Origin: Candidatus Scatovivens sp.
GTDB lineage: Bacteria; Bacillota; Clostridia; TANB77; CAG-508
NCBI GenBank assembly: GCA_045646345.1
Contig: JAZRKN010000015.1
Span: 1-64,000, forward strand
Length of the DNA: 64,000 bases
Direction of reading: 5' to 3'
In this document: positions 17,982 to 28,189 of the stretch, one piece after another
Numbering within the stretch: the first letter of the stretch is position 1
How the letters are laid out: each line of letters opens with the position of its first letter
Program-made: the position numbers and the translations under genes
Notes under the pieces: model-generated
The model's input: only the letters and a program-made list of their open reading frames with translations
What the model was told of the DNA's origin: nothing
The model's database searches: none

Positions 17982-20738
17982 TTAGTTATTTTCTGAACCA
18001 TTAATTTTTAATAATTTAAATATTTCAACTATTAATAATGGAGCAAATACTAATCCAACAACTTCTAATAATTTTTCAGGATACATAAATAAGTTTGTTA
18101 TACTGAATATTTCTTGGAAGAATGGTACTAATAATACTAAGAACATTAAACCAGCAGAAGCACCAATTGCTAACAATAACATTCCATTATTGAATGGATT
18201 TGAACTAAATATAGATTTTTTATTATCTCTAACATTAAATACATGTACTAGTTCTGAAAGCGCTAATGTAGCAAACGCCATTGTTTGACCAATGTGTATT
18301 TTTTCTTCAGCTGTTACACCTTCTGTAGCAAGACCAAGAACAAAAGCGGCAAGTGTTAATCCACCAACCATTAAACCTTGGTATAATACTCTCCATGTCA
18401 TACCTTTTGTAAATATTCCTTTAGTTTTTAATGGTTTTCTACTCATTATTCCTTTTTGAGCTGGATCTACAGCTAAAGCTAAAGCTGGTAGTGAGTCTGT
18501 TACCAAGTTAATCCATAAGATTTGAACTGGTAATAATGGTTCTAATGCACTAATTAATTCGTTTGGAATAGCAAATTGATTCATTAATATTGGTGTTATT
18601 AATATTGCTGTAAATAATACAACGATTTCACCAATATTACTTGATAATAAGAATTGGATTGCTTTTAAAATATTATCATATATTCTTCTACCTTCTTCTA
18701 CTGCAGAAACAATTGTTGCAAAGTTATCATCTGTTAATATAACATCTGCCGCCTCTTTAGAAACGTCTGTACCAACGATTCCCATTGCACAACCAATATC
18801 AGCTGTTTTTAGTGCTGGTGCATCATTTACACCATCACCAGTCATAGCAACAATTTCTCCATTTGCTTGCCATGCTTTTACAATACGAACTTTATGTTCT
18901 GGTGAAACCCTAGCATAAACAGAAATATTTCTAACTCTTTTAATTAACTCTTCATCACTCATAGCTTCAAGTTCAGCACCAGTTATAGCTTCATCACCTT
19001 CAGCTAAAATTCCTAATTCTTTTGCTATTGCTGTAGCTGTAATTTTGTGATCACCTGTAATCATAACTGTTTTTATACCAGCTGATACACATTTTTCAAC
19101 AGCAGCTTTTACTTCCACTCTTGGCGGATCTATCATAGCAACCATACCAACAAATATTAAATCTGATTCTAAATTTTTAATCTCTTCTGCTGTTGGCGCA
19201 TGGTCTAATACTTTATATCCAACAGCTAAAACTCTTAATGCATCTTCTGCTAAATGAGCATTACATTCTTGAATTGTTGGTCCATATTCTGCAAAATCAT
19301 TTTTAACTTCTCCATGTAGTCTATATCCTTTGCAGCATCTTAATAATTCGTCTACTCCACCTTTTGTATAAACCATATATTTATCATCAGCATATTTATT
19401 TACTGTTGTCATCAATTTTCTATCTGAATCAAAAGGTAATTCTGCAACTCTTTTATATTCTGTGATTGGATTATATGTTCCATCGCTTGAAATTCCAGCT
19501 TCATTAGCTAAGCGTGTATAATCCATATTTTTTGCCATATCAATTAATGCTGTTTCAGTTGGATCTCCAGCTAAAGAACCATCTTCTGCAACTTTTGTAT
19601 CATTACAAAGCATTAATGCTTCTACAACCAATCTACCTTCATCATCAATTTTATTTATTTTTTCTAAATCTTGTAAATTAGAATTATAGAATAATTTCAT
19701 AACTGTCATTTTGTTTTGTGTTAAAGTTCCTGTTTTATCAGAACAAATAACTGTAGCACATCCTAAAGTTTCAACAGCTGGTAATTTTTTTACAATAGCA
19801 TTTTTCTTAACCATTCTTTGAACTCCAATAGCAAGAACTATTGTAGATACAGCAGCTAAACCTTCAGGAATAGCAGCAACAGCTAAAGATACTGCAGACA
19901 TAAACATATGAACTGGTTCTTTACCATATGCAAGCCCAACAGCAAATATAATTGCACAAATAACTAATGCAGCAACACCTAGAATTTTTCCTAAGCTATT
20001 TAATTTTGCTTGAAGTGGTGTAACACCTTCTTCTGTTTCATTGATCATAGTAGCAATTTTACCAACTTCAGTATTCATTCCTGTTTCAACAACAATACCT
20101 TTTCCTCTACCATAAGTAATTAAACTAGAAGAGAATAATAAATTTGTTCTATCACCAACACCAACTTCATCTTCATCAATTTTCTCTATTTGTTTTTCAA
20201 CAGCTAAAGATTCTCCTGTTAATGCCGCTTCTTGTGATTTCAAGTTAACAGCTTCAATAATTCTTAAGTCAGCAGGAATAAAATCACCTGTATCTAAAAC
20301 AACAATATCTCCTGGAACTAATTCTGCTGATTGAACAACAACTAGTTTTCCATTTCTCATTACTTTAGCAACATGGCTACTCATTTTTTGAAGTGCTTCT
20401 AATGATTTTTCTGCTTTGCTTTCTTGAGCAACACCAATTATTGCATTTACAACAACAACTACTAAAATAATAATTGAATCTGTAAATCCTTCTCCTTCTT
20501 GCACTCCTACAATTCCTGAAACTACAGCAGCAATTATAAGAATTATAATCATGAAATCTTTAAATTGCTCAATGAATTTTTCAATAAGAGTTTTCTTTCT
20601 CTTAGCTTTTAATTCATTAGTTCCATACTTCTCTCTTCTAGCAGTTACTTCTGCATCAGAAAGACCTTTGTTTAAATCAGTTTCTAATTTTTTTGCAGTT
20701 TCTTCTGCAGTTAAATTATACCAATTTCCCTTTTCCAT
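17982..20738 (-). CDS. P-type II cation-transporting ATPase (Ca2+/Mn2+)
   Basis: TGES, IPEGL, CSDKTGTLT, TGDGVNDAP and WINLVTD motifs. Confidence 0.96.
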   Translation of the reverse strand: MEKGNWYNLTAEETAKKLETDLNKGLSDAEVTARREKYGTNELKAKRKKTLIEKFIEQFKDFMIIILIIAAVVSGIVGVQEGEGFTDSIIILVVVVVNAIIGVAQESKAEKSLEALQKMSSHVAKVMRNGKLVVVQSAELVPGDIVVLDTGDFIPADLRIIEAVNLKSQEAALTGESLAVEKQIEKIDEDEVGVGDRTNLLFSSSLITYGRGKGIVVETGMNTEVGKIATMINETEEGVTPLQAKLNSLGKILGVAALVICAIIFAVGLAYGKEPVHMFMSAVSLAVAAIPEGLAAVSTIVLAIGVQRMVKKNAIVKKLPAVETLGCATVICSDKTGTLTQNKMTVMKLFYNSNLQDLEKINKIDDEGRLVVEALMLCNDTKVAEDGSLAGDPTETALIDMAKNMDYTRLANEAGISSDGTYNPITEYKRVAELPFDSDRKLMTTVNKYADDKYMVYTKGGVDELLRCCKGYRLHGEVKNDFAEYGPTIQECNAHLAEDALRVLAVGYKVLDHAPTAEEIKNLESDLIFVGMVAMIDPPRVEVKAAVEKCVSAGIKTVMITGDHKITATAIAKELGILAEGDEAITGAELEAMSDEELIKRVRNISVYARVSPEHKVRIVKAWQANGEIVAMTGDGVNDAPALKTADIGCAMGIVGTDVSKEAADVILTDDNFATIVSAVEEGRRIYDNILKAIQFLLSSNIGEIVVLFTAILITPILMNQFAIPNELISALEPLLPVQILWINLVTDSLPALALAVDPAQKGIMSRKPLKTKGIFTKGMTWRVLYQGLMVGGLTLAAFVLGLATEGVTAEEKIHIGQTMAFATLALSELVHVFNVRDNKKSIFSSNPFNNGMLLLAIGASAGLMFLVLLVPFFQEIFSITNLFMYPEKLLEVVGLVFAPLLIVEIFKLLKINGSENN

Positions 20739-20753
20739 ACTTTCCTCCTTAAA

Positions 20754-21548
20754 TTAATATATTTTTAAAATTTTATTAACATCTTCAAAAGAGCCTTCAT
20801 TTGTTAAGACAATGTCAAACCCTTTATTATAAAGTGCTAGATTTTCTTCTATTTTTTCATCTAAAAATCCTATTGTTATAGCATTTTCTTTTTCTTCTTC
20901 TGGAATCATCTTTAAATCTGCAAAACCGTCACCTAAAAGTAATATATTTTTTATTTCCTCTAAATTATGTTTTGAGTGTTCATCTAAATTTACAATATTT
21001 TTATTTAATGCATGAATAATCTCTCCAGCTATCTTTTTAAATTCGCCATTTTCAAAAATAATAAAATTACTTACAATTTTTATATTATCATAATAATCAT
21101 TTTCAAGTTTTAAAAATTCTTCAATAACATTTCCTATTCCAGCAGAAACAATTATCACTGGCACACGCAAGTCATACATTTTCTTCAAAAATTCTTTAGC
21201 TCCATCTCTATATTTTAAATTTCCTGCAGCTACAGCATTTTTTACAGCTTCTTCTTTTACTCCATATTCATAAAACAAATTTATATGAGCTTGCCACCAT
21301 TCTGTCATTGCTATTGATTTTTCATCATCAGAAATAGTAGGATCTATTTCCATTGGCCTATACTTATTATATAGAGCAGTTCTTTTTTGTTTGTATTCAT
21401 CTCCCACTTGATTCGCATTCGCAAAAACTCCCCATGTACTATCTGATGCTCCTTCGGTTAATGTTCTATCAAAATCTGCAACAACATAAAATTTGCTTTT
21501 ACTCAAATCAATTCTATTAATTTTTTCTTGTTTATTTATATAAATCAT
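20754..21548 (-). CDS. HAD hydrolase, pyrimidine 5'-nucleotidase (cN-III/UMPH-1)-like
   Basis: DFDRTLT, 'Y.P.EIDP', 'M.EWW', SAGIG, SNF and LLGD..DL.M motifs. Confidence 0.85.
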   Translation of the reverse strand: MIYINKQEKINRIDLSKSKFYVVADFDRTLTEGASDSTWGVFANANQVGDEYKQKRTALYNKYRPMEIDPTISDDEKSIAMTEWWQAHINLFYEYGVKEEAVKNAVAAGNLKYRDGAKEFLKKMYDLRVPVIIVSAGIGNVIEEFLKLENDYYDNIKIVSNFIIFENGEFKKIAGEIIHALNKNIVNLDEHSKHNLEEIKNILLLGDGFADLKMIPEEEKENAITIGFLDEKIEENLALYNKGFDIVLTNEGSFEDVNKILKIY

Positions 21549-21686
21549 AATTTTTTCCTCATTTCAATCTACTAGTAACTATATACAAAAATTAACAGAT
21601 TATCAAGATTTAAGTATCAATTTCTAAGATTTTTTTGCTTGTTTTATAAATTACATTTTCTCTCACCTCTTTTAATTATGCAAAAG

Positions 21687-21737
21687 AAAAAGACTCTTAA
21701 AGAAACAATCTTTTTCATATTGCTTCTTTAAAAGTCT
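21687..21737 (-). terminator. Riboswitch expression-platform terminator
   Basis: Minus strand agacttttaaagaagcaat...attgtttctttaagagtct followed by ttttc; overlaps the 3' strand of aptamer P1. Confidence 0.75.
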
Positions 21738-21815
21738 CACTCCTTAAAAGATATAGGTTACTAACCAGATTTATATCGAGAATGTTGATTAGTAATTTAC
21801 AAGCTACTCCCTTTT
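21730..21815 (-). promoter_or_regulatory. yybP-ykoY (Mn2+) riboswitch
   Basis: Minus strand AAAAGGGAGTAGC...TTACTAATCAACAT...CTGGTTAGTAA...AGTGAGACTTTT matches the family hallmarks; upstream of a P-type ATPase. Confidence 0.85.
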
Positions 21816-21929
21816 AAATTATATAAATATTATATATAGAATTTTCATTTTTTTCAAGTTATTTTTTATATTTTAAATATTTTCATATCAAAAAGACCAG
21901 GAAATCCTGGTCTTTCGAAAGCCTGCCTT

Positions 21930-22262
21930 TTAATATGCAAGTCTACCAACAAGTTTATAGGCATCCAATGTTTTTGGAATAGCTCTATAATGTTTTTCTT
22001 CGCGAGAACATTCTTTGAGCTCTAACCCTAAACGACGAATAAATTCCATTGTTTCATCATAAATTTCTTCGTCTTTGTCAAAAATCAAAACACAATCCAC
22101 ATATGGATGTTCGAAACTTTTCATGATAACCTCTTTTTTTTCAGCACCGAAATCACTTGTTGCAACAGATTCTTTTGCAAACTGAAAAACTTCTCTGTAA
22201 GCTTCAACAGCAAGATTAATCTGTACTACCTGATCGATCATACGATAATTATCTTTATGCAT
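21930..22262 (-). CDS. Hypothetical protein (paralog of 22255-22722)
   Basis: Start reassigned to the ATG at 22262 (GAAGGTG RBS, coupled to the upstream stop); terminator near 21890-21915. Confidence 0.65.
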   Translation of the reverse strand: MHKDNYRMIDQVVQINLAVEAYREVFQFAKESVATSDFGAEKKEVIMKSFEHPYVDCVLIFDKDEEIYDETMEFIRRLGLELKECSREEKHYRAIPKTLDAYKLVGRLAY

Positions 22263-22722
22263 CGATTTCACCTTCCTTTTCGATATCAGGCTGAGGTACT
22301 GATCCAACATTAATTGTTCCTACTAAATGATATACTCTGTCCCAAGGTGTTACCTTAGCTCGAATACACTCTTCTTTAGAGGCTTTAACAATCTTAAGAC
22401 CATATAAAGCAGCCAGTTCCATCGTTTCAGGAAACAATCTACTTCTGTCAGTAAAGACTAAAAGTTTATCCACATTCACTTCAGATATTGTTCTGAGTGC
22501 AACCATCTGAATATATGGATCTTTGTTCTTTTTCACATCTTCAACATAAGTAAAATATTCATTTACTCTTTCAAGAATGCATGTAAGTACCAGTTCTTTT
22601 TGAGCATCAAGAATTTCTTCGTATTTTTCTAATACTCCTTCTCTGGCTTCTTTGTGTGCGCATCTTAATTTTTCCAGATTTGCATCTAGAAAGTTCCGTG
22701 TCATTTCTGATTTACTAGGCAT
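22255..22722 (-). CDS. Hypothetical protein
   Basis: AAGGAGG RBS before the ATG at 22722 (ORF track start 22758). Confidence 0.7.
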   Translation of the reverse strand: MPSKSEMTRNFLDANLEKLRCAHKEAREGVLEKYEEILDAQKELVLTCILERVNEYFTYVEDVKKNKDPYIQMVALRTISEVNVDKLLVFTDRSRLFPETMELAALYGLKIVKASKEECIRAKVTPWDRVYHLVGTINVGSVPQPDIEKEGEIDA

Positions 22723-23031
22723 ATTTTCCCCCCTCCTTTTGGGGTTATTTTGAGACATTTGTCTCCTCTAGGCTTTAGAAAATTTATTAGTTCACTCGAA
22801 CAAAATAAACTTTCCTTTAACTTATCTATTTAAACTGCAAAGCAGAAACTAAAAGTATCAAAATTAGATACTTAAAAGTTAAATGATTTGTTAATTATAA
22901 CAGCTGTTTTTATTCATAATGTAACCATTATGTGATTCTTAGGTGTCCTACTATTATATTTTTTCATATTTTAAATAAGTCATTCTTATTTAAAACAAAA
23001 AAGATCCCTATAAGGGATCTTTTTTTATATT

Positions 23032-26000
23032 TTATTCCATTCTTAAAGCTAGCACTGGATCTTTTTTTGCTGCAGCTCTTGAAGGTATTATTCCTCCTAT
23101 TAATGTAAGTATAACACTTAATATAACAAGTATCATTCCTCCAACAACTGGAAGGATTGCTGTTATATCTTCATTTACATTATGGATTATTATATTAGTT
23201 GGTATCAATAACAATAATGTTGTTCCTATACCTATTAATCCAGAAAATAATCCAACTATAAATGTCTCTGCATTAAATATAGATGAAATATTTCTTTTTG
23301 AAGCTCCTATTGCTCTTAATACACCAATTTCTTTTGTTCTTTCAAGAACAGATATATAAGTTATAATTCCTATCATTATAGAAGAAACAATTAATGAAAT
23401 ACTAACAAAAGCAATTAATACATAACTTACACTATCCACAATCGTTTTTACCGAAGACATTAATATTCCAGTTATATCTGAGTACTTAATAACTTTTTCT
23501 TCATCTTCTTTTTCCATCTTGTCATTATATTCTTCAATAAAATCTATAAATTCTTCTTTTGAATCAAAATCTTTAAAATAGAATGATATCATTGTTGGTT
23601 TTTCAAAATCTTGATATCCCAATGTTAATAAATTAGTTTCTGCATTTTCAACTGTTGTTGTTGTCAAAGTTTGGAATAATCGTCTCATTTCTTCTTCATT
23701 CATATTGAACTTAAAAGCACTAGCAATTTTATTTGGGTCTACATTAAATGCATTTCCCATTGTTTCCATCAACTTACCTATAAGTTCTCCAACTTTAGTT
23801 AAAATTGTTTTTTGCATTGTAGCTTCTACCATAGCAACCGCAATTTCTTTTGTGCTTGAAACTAACATATCTTGTTTTACTATTTCATCAACAATTGCAT
23901 CTGTTGTTCCATTAACAAATATTCCAGACATATCTGTTGGTGTTCCTGTTCCAGGTGTTCCAGATTCAGTTCCTGGAATAACACCTTCTGGTATACTTCC
24001 ACCTTCAGTTCCGCCAGTTCCCATTCCAGGCATACCAGGCATTCCTCCAGCTTGCATCGAAATATATTGTTGTAAAATTCCTGTTATCATCCCATTATAC
24101 ATTTGACTAAAAGTATCTTGCGGAATTACATAAGCAGCTTCCATACTAGCCAAAATTGCTTTGTTATTATCTTTTGCAAGCCCACTTGTTACAACAGCTT
24201 GAACTTCACTTAATTTCATTGTTGCCATACCAGCAACTTGTTTTTCTGAAACATAATCATTTAATATATTTTTGGTAATTTTTGCTAAATTATCTAAAAA
24301 TGTTTTTTGGGCGATTGCTGTATCTGCAGTTATAGCTCCTGATATTTCAGTCATATAACCTTTTGTCATATTTTCTATATCTGATTGATTTATTTTTACA
24401 CCAAAGGCTTCGGATAATGCTTTTTCATCAATTGAAATCATATCTTGAAAATCAAGACCAGCATTTTTTTCTTCGTCATCAAATTCTTTTCCGCTAAATA
24501 CATTTACATCTTCATTAACAAGTTGTTTTTGTACTATTTCTGATTTTGAAGCAGTATCTATTACATACTTAGTTAAATTTCTTGTATATAGCACACCAGA
24601 CCCAGCCATTCCATTAGCAGCTCCTCCTGATGGTTTTGCTATACCAACTACTTTTAAATTTAAAGCATTTTTATATACTTCTTCCATAAATTTTTCATCA
24701 TCAGACATATCTTCGTAAATATCATATTTACTATTATATTTGTATTTTGCTGATGGATCTATCAACTTAAGTTCAACATTCATTAATTCTTCATAAGTAT
24801 ATTCTAATGGTTTATTTTTGTTTACAATTTTTTCACCATCTACAATTTTCCCTATCATATCTTTTAATTCATCTTGATCTCTTAATCCTATACCATATAA
24901 CAACATATCAGAAATTCTATTTTCATCTGGTAATACAAGCATTATTTCATTATACTCTTTCGGAAACTTTCCTTGTATTATTTCATATTGCTCATTCACC
25001 ATTTCTTGGTTATCTATAAGTTCTGAAAAGATTGTAATACCACCAGTCATTAGACTAGAAGAACTTCCCATAATAGCAGCTAAAAAGTCACTTGGATTCA
25101 AAAGTAATATTTCATCATTTACATCTCTTGTATAAATGTGTGGTGCAACTGCATAACTATATCTTGTTAAAGATACCATTTCATCTACTTTTTCTTGATT
25201 TGCTTCTAAATATTGTTTGAATGATTTTAAATCATTTCTTCCTATGGTTCCAAATAATTCAGCAACATTTTGTTCTTCTTTAACAACATTTTTATCTATT
25301 TTTTCTTCATTTTCCTTGTTTACTGAACCAAGCAACATTGACGCCATATCCGCAGTTTCTGATTGTATAGTAAGTGGATAAGATGTTAATGTATCTTCTT
25401 GGATTTTATCAACATAGTTTTGGAATCCTGTTGATAAAGATAAAATCATTGCTATACCTATAATACCTATCGATCCAGCAAATGATGTTAAAAATGTTCT
25501 TCCTTTTTTTGTAAGTAAATTATTCAAACTCAAAGAAAGTGCTGTAAACATAGACATTGAAGCTTTTCCTAAGTTTTTATGTTTTGGTGCTTCTTTTTTT
25601 GAGATATCTGGTTCAAATGGATCTGTATCTCCAATTATCTCACCATCTCTTAAATTTACAATTCTTGTTGAATATTTTTCTGCAAGTTCTGGGTTGTGTG
25701 TAACCATAACTACTAATCTATCTTTTGCAACTTCTTTTAAAAGTTCCATAACTTGTACACTTGTATGAGTATCTAATGCACCTGTAGGTTCGTCTGCTAA
25801 TAAAATATCCGGATCATTTACTAAAGCTCTTGCAATAGCAACCCTTTGCATTTGTCCACCAGACATTTGGTTTGGTTTTTTATGAGCTTGCTCTTTCAAT
25901 CCTACTTTATCTAAAGCAGCTAAGGCACGTCTTCTTCTAGCTTTTTTAGATATACCACTTATTGTTAAAGCAAGTTCAACGTTTGCTAAAACCGATTGGT

Positions 26001-26289
26001 GAGGTATTAAATTATAACTTTGAAAAACAAAACCAACTGTATGATTACGATATGAATCCCAATCACGATCTTTATATCTTTTTGTAGATACATTATTAAT
26101 AATCAAATCACCTTTATCATATCTATCTAATCCCCCAATAATGTTTAATAGTGTTGTTTTTCCAGAACCAGATGGTCCAAGAATTGAAACAAATTCATTG
26201 TCTCTAAAGTTTAAGCTAACATTATTTAAAGCAATTTGAATCAAATCTCCAGTTTTATATTGTTTCGATATACCTTTAATTTGTAGCAT
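23032..26289 (-). CDS. MacB/FtsX-type ABC transporter, fused ATPase and permease
   Basis: [20 protein letters not shown]; C-terminal FtsX '[16 protein letters not shown]'. Confidence 0.95.
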   Translation of the reverse strand: MLQIKGISKQYKTGDLIQIALNNVSLNFRDNEFVSILGPSGSGKTTLLNIIGGLDRYDKGDLIINNVSTKRYKDRDWDSYRNHTVGFVFQSYNLIPHQSVLANVELALTISGISKKARRRRALAALDKVGLKEQAHKKPNQMSGGQMQRVAIARALVNDPDILLADEPTGALDTHTSVQVMELLKEVAKDRLVVMVTHNPELAEKYSTRIVNLRDGEIIGDTDPFEPDISKKEAPKHKNLGKASMSMFTALSLSLNNLLTKKGRTFLTSFAGSIGIIGIAMILSLSTGFQNYVDKIQEDTLTSYPLTIQSETADMASMLLGSVNKENEEKIDKNVVKEEQNVAELFGTIGRNDLKSFKQYLEANQEKVDEMVSLTRYSYAVAPHIYTRDVNDEILLLNPSDFLAAIMGSSSSLMTGGITIFSELIDNQEMVNEQYEIIQGKFPKEYNEIMLVLPDENRISDMLLYGIGLRDQDELKDMIGKIVDGEKIVNKNKPLEYTYEELMNVELKLIDPSAKYKYNSKYDIYEDMSDDEKFMEEVYKNALNLKVVGIAKPSGGAANGMAGSGVLYTRNLTKYVIDTASKSEIVQKQLVNEDVNVFSGKEFDDEEKNAGLDFQDMISIDEKALSEAFGVKINQSDIENMTKGYMTEISGAITADTAIAQKTFLDNLAKITKNILNDYVSEKQVAGMATMKLSEVQAVVTSGLAKDNNKAILASMEAAYVIPQDTFSQMYNGMITGILQQYISMQAGGMPGMPGMGTGGTEGGSIPEGVIPGTESGTPGTGTPTDMSGIFVNGTTDAIVDEIVKQDMLVSSTKEIAVAMVEATMQKTILTKVGELIGKLMETMGNAFNVDPNKIASAFKFNMNEEEMRRLFQTLTTTTVENAETNLLTLGYQDFEKPTMISFYFKDFDSKEEFIDFIEEYNDKMEKEDEEKVIKYSDITGILMSSVKTIVDSVSYVLIAFVSISLIVSSIMIGIITYISVLERTKEIGVLRAIGASKRNISSIFNAETFIVGLFSGLIGIGTTLLLLIPTNIIIHNVNEDITAILPVVGGMILVILSVILTLIGGIIPSRAAAKKDPVLALRME

Positions 26290-26419
26290 CCTTTTCCTCC
26301 ATTTTTTGGTTTGCGCTCATACATTTTTTAACTAATTAATTTTATCATTAGTAACTATTACCGTCAACACAGTTATTTATATTTTATATATTTTTTCAAC
26401 CTCAAATTTATGTATCATT

Positions 26420-27019
26420 TTAAATTTTTTCTTCAATCTTTTTTTCTTTATTTTTTCTTTCTAAAATTTTAAGCACTCTTGGTCTATTATATCTTTGAAT
26501 CACAATAAATTGCCCGTCAAAAATCATAGCAGCAATTGCTGTCACTACAAATATCCAAGTCTTTCCCCATATTAATCCAAAAAACATAGTCGAAATTGAA
26601 ATCACTTCATTAATCCAATGATCAATTTCGGATTTTACCATCGTATTTGCAATTTGTTCCAAAGAATTAGTTTTCAAATCAAATTGTTCTGGATTGTATG
26701 TCAAAGCTTTTCCTTTCCATTTCTTTACTTTTATAACTTCATATAATTTCTTTTCAAAACATTTTTCTTTAAACCACCATTGGTTATAATTAATATATTT
26801 TTTAAAAAGCTTAGATACATTTCCTAAAATTATTCTTCCCCAAAAGTGATATGTAATTGTAAAAGCTGTAATTCCAATCCATAAAAAAATATCATTTTCT
26901 GTTATTCCACCATAATAAGTCCCCAAACATGTTATAGATATTAATACTCCTAAAGCAATTACAATATACATAAAAATCGCAGGTCCACTTGTTTGAAATA
27001 GTTTCATATTATCCTCCAA
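26420..27019 (-). CDS. Membrane protein, CrtO (glycosyl-diaponeurosporenoate acyltransferase)-like
   Basis: 'KVKKWK', 'SE..HW' and 'IQRYNRPR' motifs. Confidence 0.65.
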   Translation of the reverse strand: MEDNMKLFQTSGPAIFMYIVIALGVLISITCLGTYYGGITENDIFLWIGITAFTITYHFWGRIILGNVSKLFKKYINYNQWWFKEKCFEKKLYEVIKVKKWKGKALTYNPEQFDLKTNSLEQIANTMVKSEIDHWINEVISISTMFFGLIWGKTWIFVVTAIAAMIFDGQFIVIQRYNRPRVLKILERKNKEKKIEEKI

Positions 27020-27021
27020 AA

Positions 27022-27360
27022 TTATTCTACACTTTCTAAATAATTAACTTTTTTTCCAGTCTTAATTGCATATTCTATTTCTGATTTTGTACTACTTCCA
27101 ATGTAACCATTCACATTTATAACAAAAATTTCATCTGCCATATCAATTTTTCTTTTATGCATATCATCTAGCATTTCTTTTGTTTTTGTTAATGTCCCTT
27201 CATCCATATTTTCCCATACTTCATTATCCCCAGAATGTCCAAAAAGTCCTACTGAAATAACAATATTTCCATTTAATGTTAAATCTTTTTGAGCTTTCAG
27301 AAATTCATCTTTAAATCTTGTTGAGCCACATAATGTTATTACTTTATAATTTCCTACCAT
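27022..27360 (-). CDS. Conserved hypothetical protein (nucleoside deoxyribosyltransferase-like fold)
   Basis: ITLCGSTRF...HKRKIDMADEIFVIN..GYIGSST..EI.YA. Confidence 0.7.
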   Translation of the reverse strand: MVGNYKVITLCGSTRFKDEFLKAQKDLTLNGNIVISVGLFGHSGDNEVWENMDEGTLTKTKEMLDDMHKRKIDMADEIFVINVNGYIGSSTKSEIEYAIKTGKKVNYLESVE

Positions 27361-27492
27361 ATGTCTACTTTCTCCTTTATATTTCCCATGTTATTTTTTT
27401 ATTTATTATATCATAATTTTTGTTATTATAAATTATTTATTTAATTTTTAGCATAAAAATGAAAAAAGCAGACACCAATTGGCATCTGCATT

Positions 27493-27538
27493 TCACTCAT
27501 GTACATCAACTACGAAGTTCCGTTAATATGGAACTATT
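27493..27538 (-). repeat. 3' arm of a long-range inverted repeat, pairing with 28047-28081
   Basis: AATATGGAACTATT (27525-27538) is the exact reverse complement of 28047-28060; GTACATCAACTA and TCACTC extend the pairing. Confidence 0.85.
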
Positions 27539-28022
27539 CTTCTTCATCAAGTTCAGTTGCAATGTAGTATGAGTCCTTCACCTTCTTCATTCTTTTAAGC
27601 GCTTTTGCATCAGTAGTAAGGTTTTCAGCTTGTTTTATCAATGCTACTGTTGATTCATCACTCAAAAAATAAAACATTTCGTTAACAAATTTCTTGCGAT
27701 CAAATCGTGTCTTGGAAACCAATCTCACTATACATTTTAAGAAAAAGCTCTCGCTATAGGTAAAATATATGTCCATTAAAGAATTTTTTCTTAAAACATA
27801 ATCGACAACAGCATCTTGATAGTCTTGAGGCAAAACCCCAATATACTTTGCTGCCGTTAAGTGTGCATGTTTGCAAAAATACTTTCTATGGGCATCTCGC
27901 ATCTGCAAATTAGTTGGAATTTGCCTGCATACTCTAAGAATGCCTCTTTGATCTGTTACTCTCAAAATATCATCTTTTTGATCTGTTGTTAATAATTTTT
28001 CTGCTGCCATTGTTCTTGCCAT
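27534..28022 (-). CDS. Orphan hypothetical protein (162 aa)
   Basis: Start reassigned to the ATG at 28022 (GGAGGAG RBS); TTGACG-17-TATAAT promoter upstream; terminator near 27463-27490. Confidence 0.75.
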   Translation of the reverse strand: MARTMAAEKLLTTDQKDDILRVTDQRGILRVCRQIPTNLQMRDAHRKYFCKHAHLTAAKYIGVLPQDYQDAVVDYVLRKNSLMDIYFTYSESFFLKCIVRLVSKTRFDRKKFVNEMFYFLSDESTVALIKQAENLTTDAKALKRMKKVKDSYYIATELDEEE

Positions 28023-28046
28023 GAGCACTCCTCCTCTGTTCCCACC

Positions 28047-28081
28047 AATAGTTCCATATTCAGTTTTCAATGTACGAATGA
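28047..28081 (-). promoter_or_regulatory. boxA-like leader and 5' arm of the long-range stem
   Basis: Minus strand TCATTCGTACATTGAAAACTGAATATGGAACTATT; 23/24 identical to the leader at 29251-29274. Confidence 0.7.
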
Positions 28082-28189
28082 TTTTTTCAAAGCATCGTAT
28101 CTTTAGTATTATACCACACAATAAGCATTTCGTCAATTTATGTTACCTAGCAAATATTAAAGCGGATACACTAGTATCCGCTTTTTTTC

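Noticed and set aside
28023-28136. N-terminal 38 aa of the ORF-track call 27534-28136
   Set aside because: This stretch contains the promoter, boxA-like leader and RBS, so the real start is 28022.
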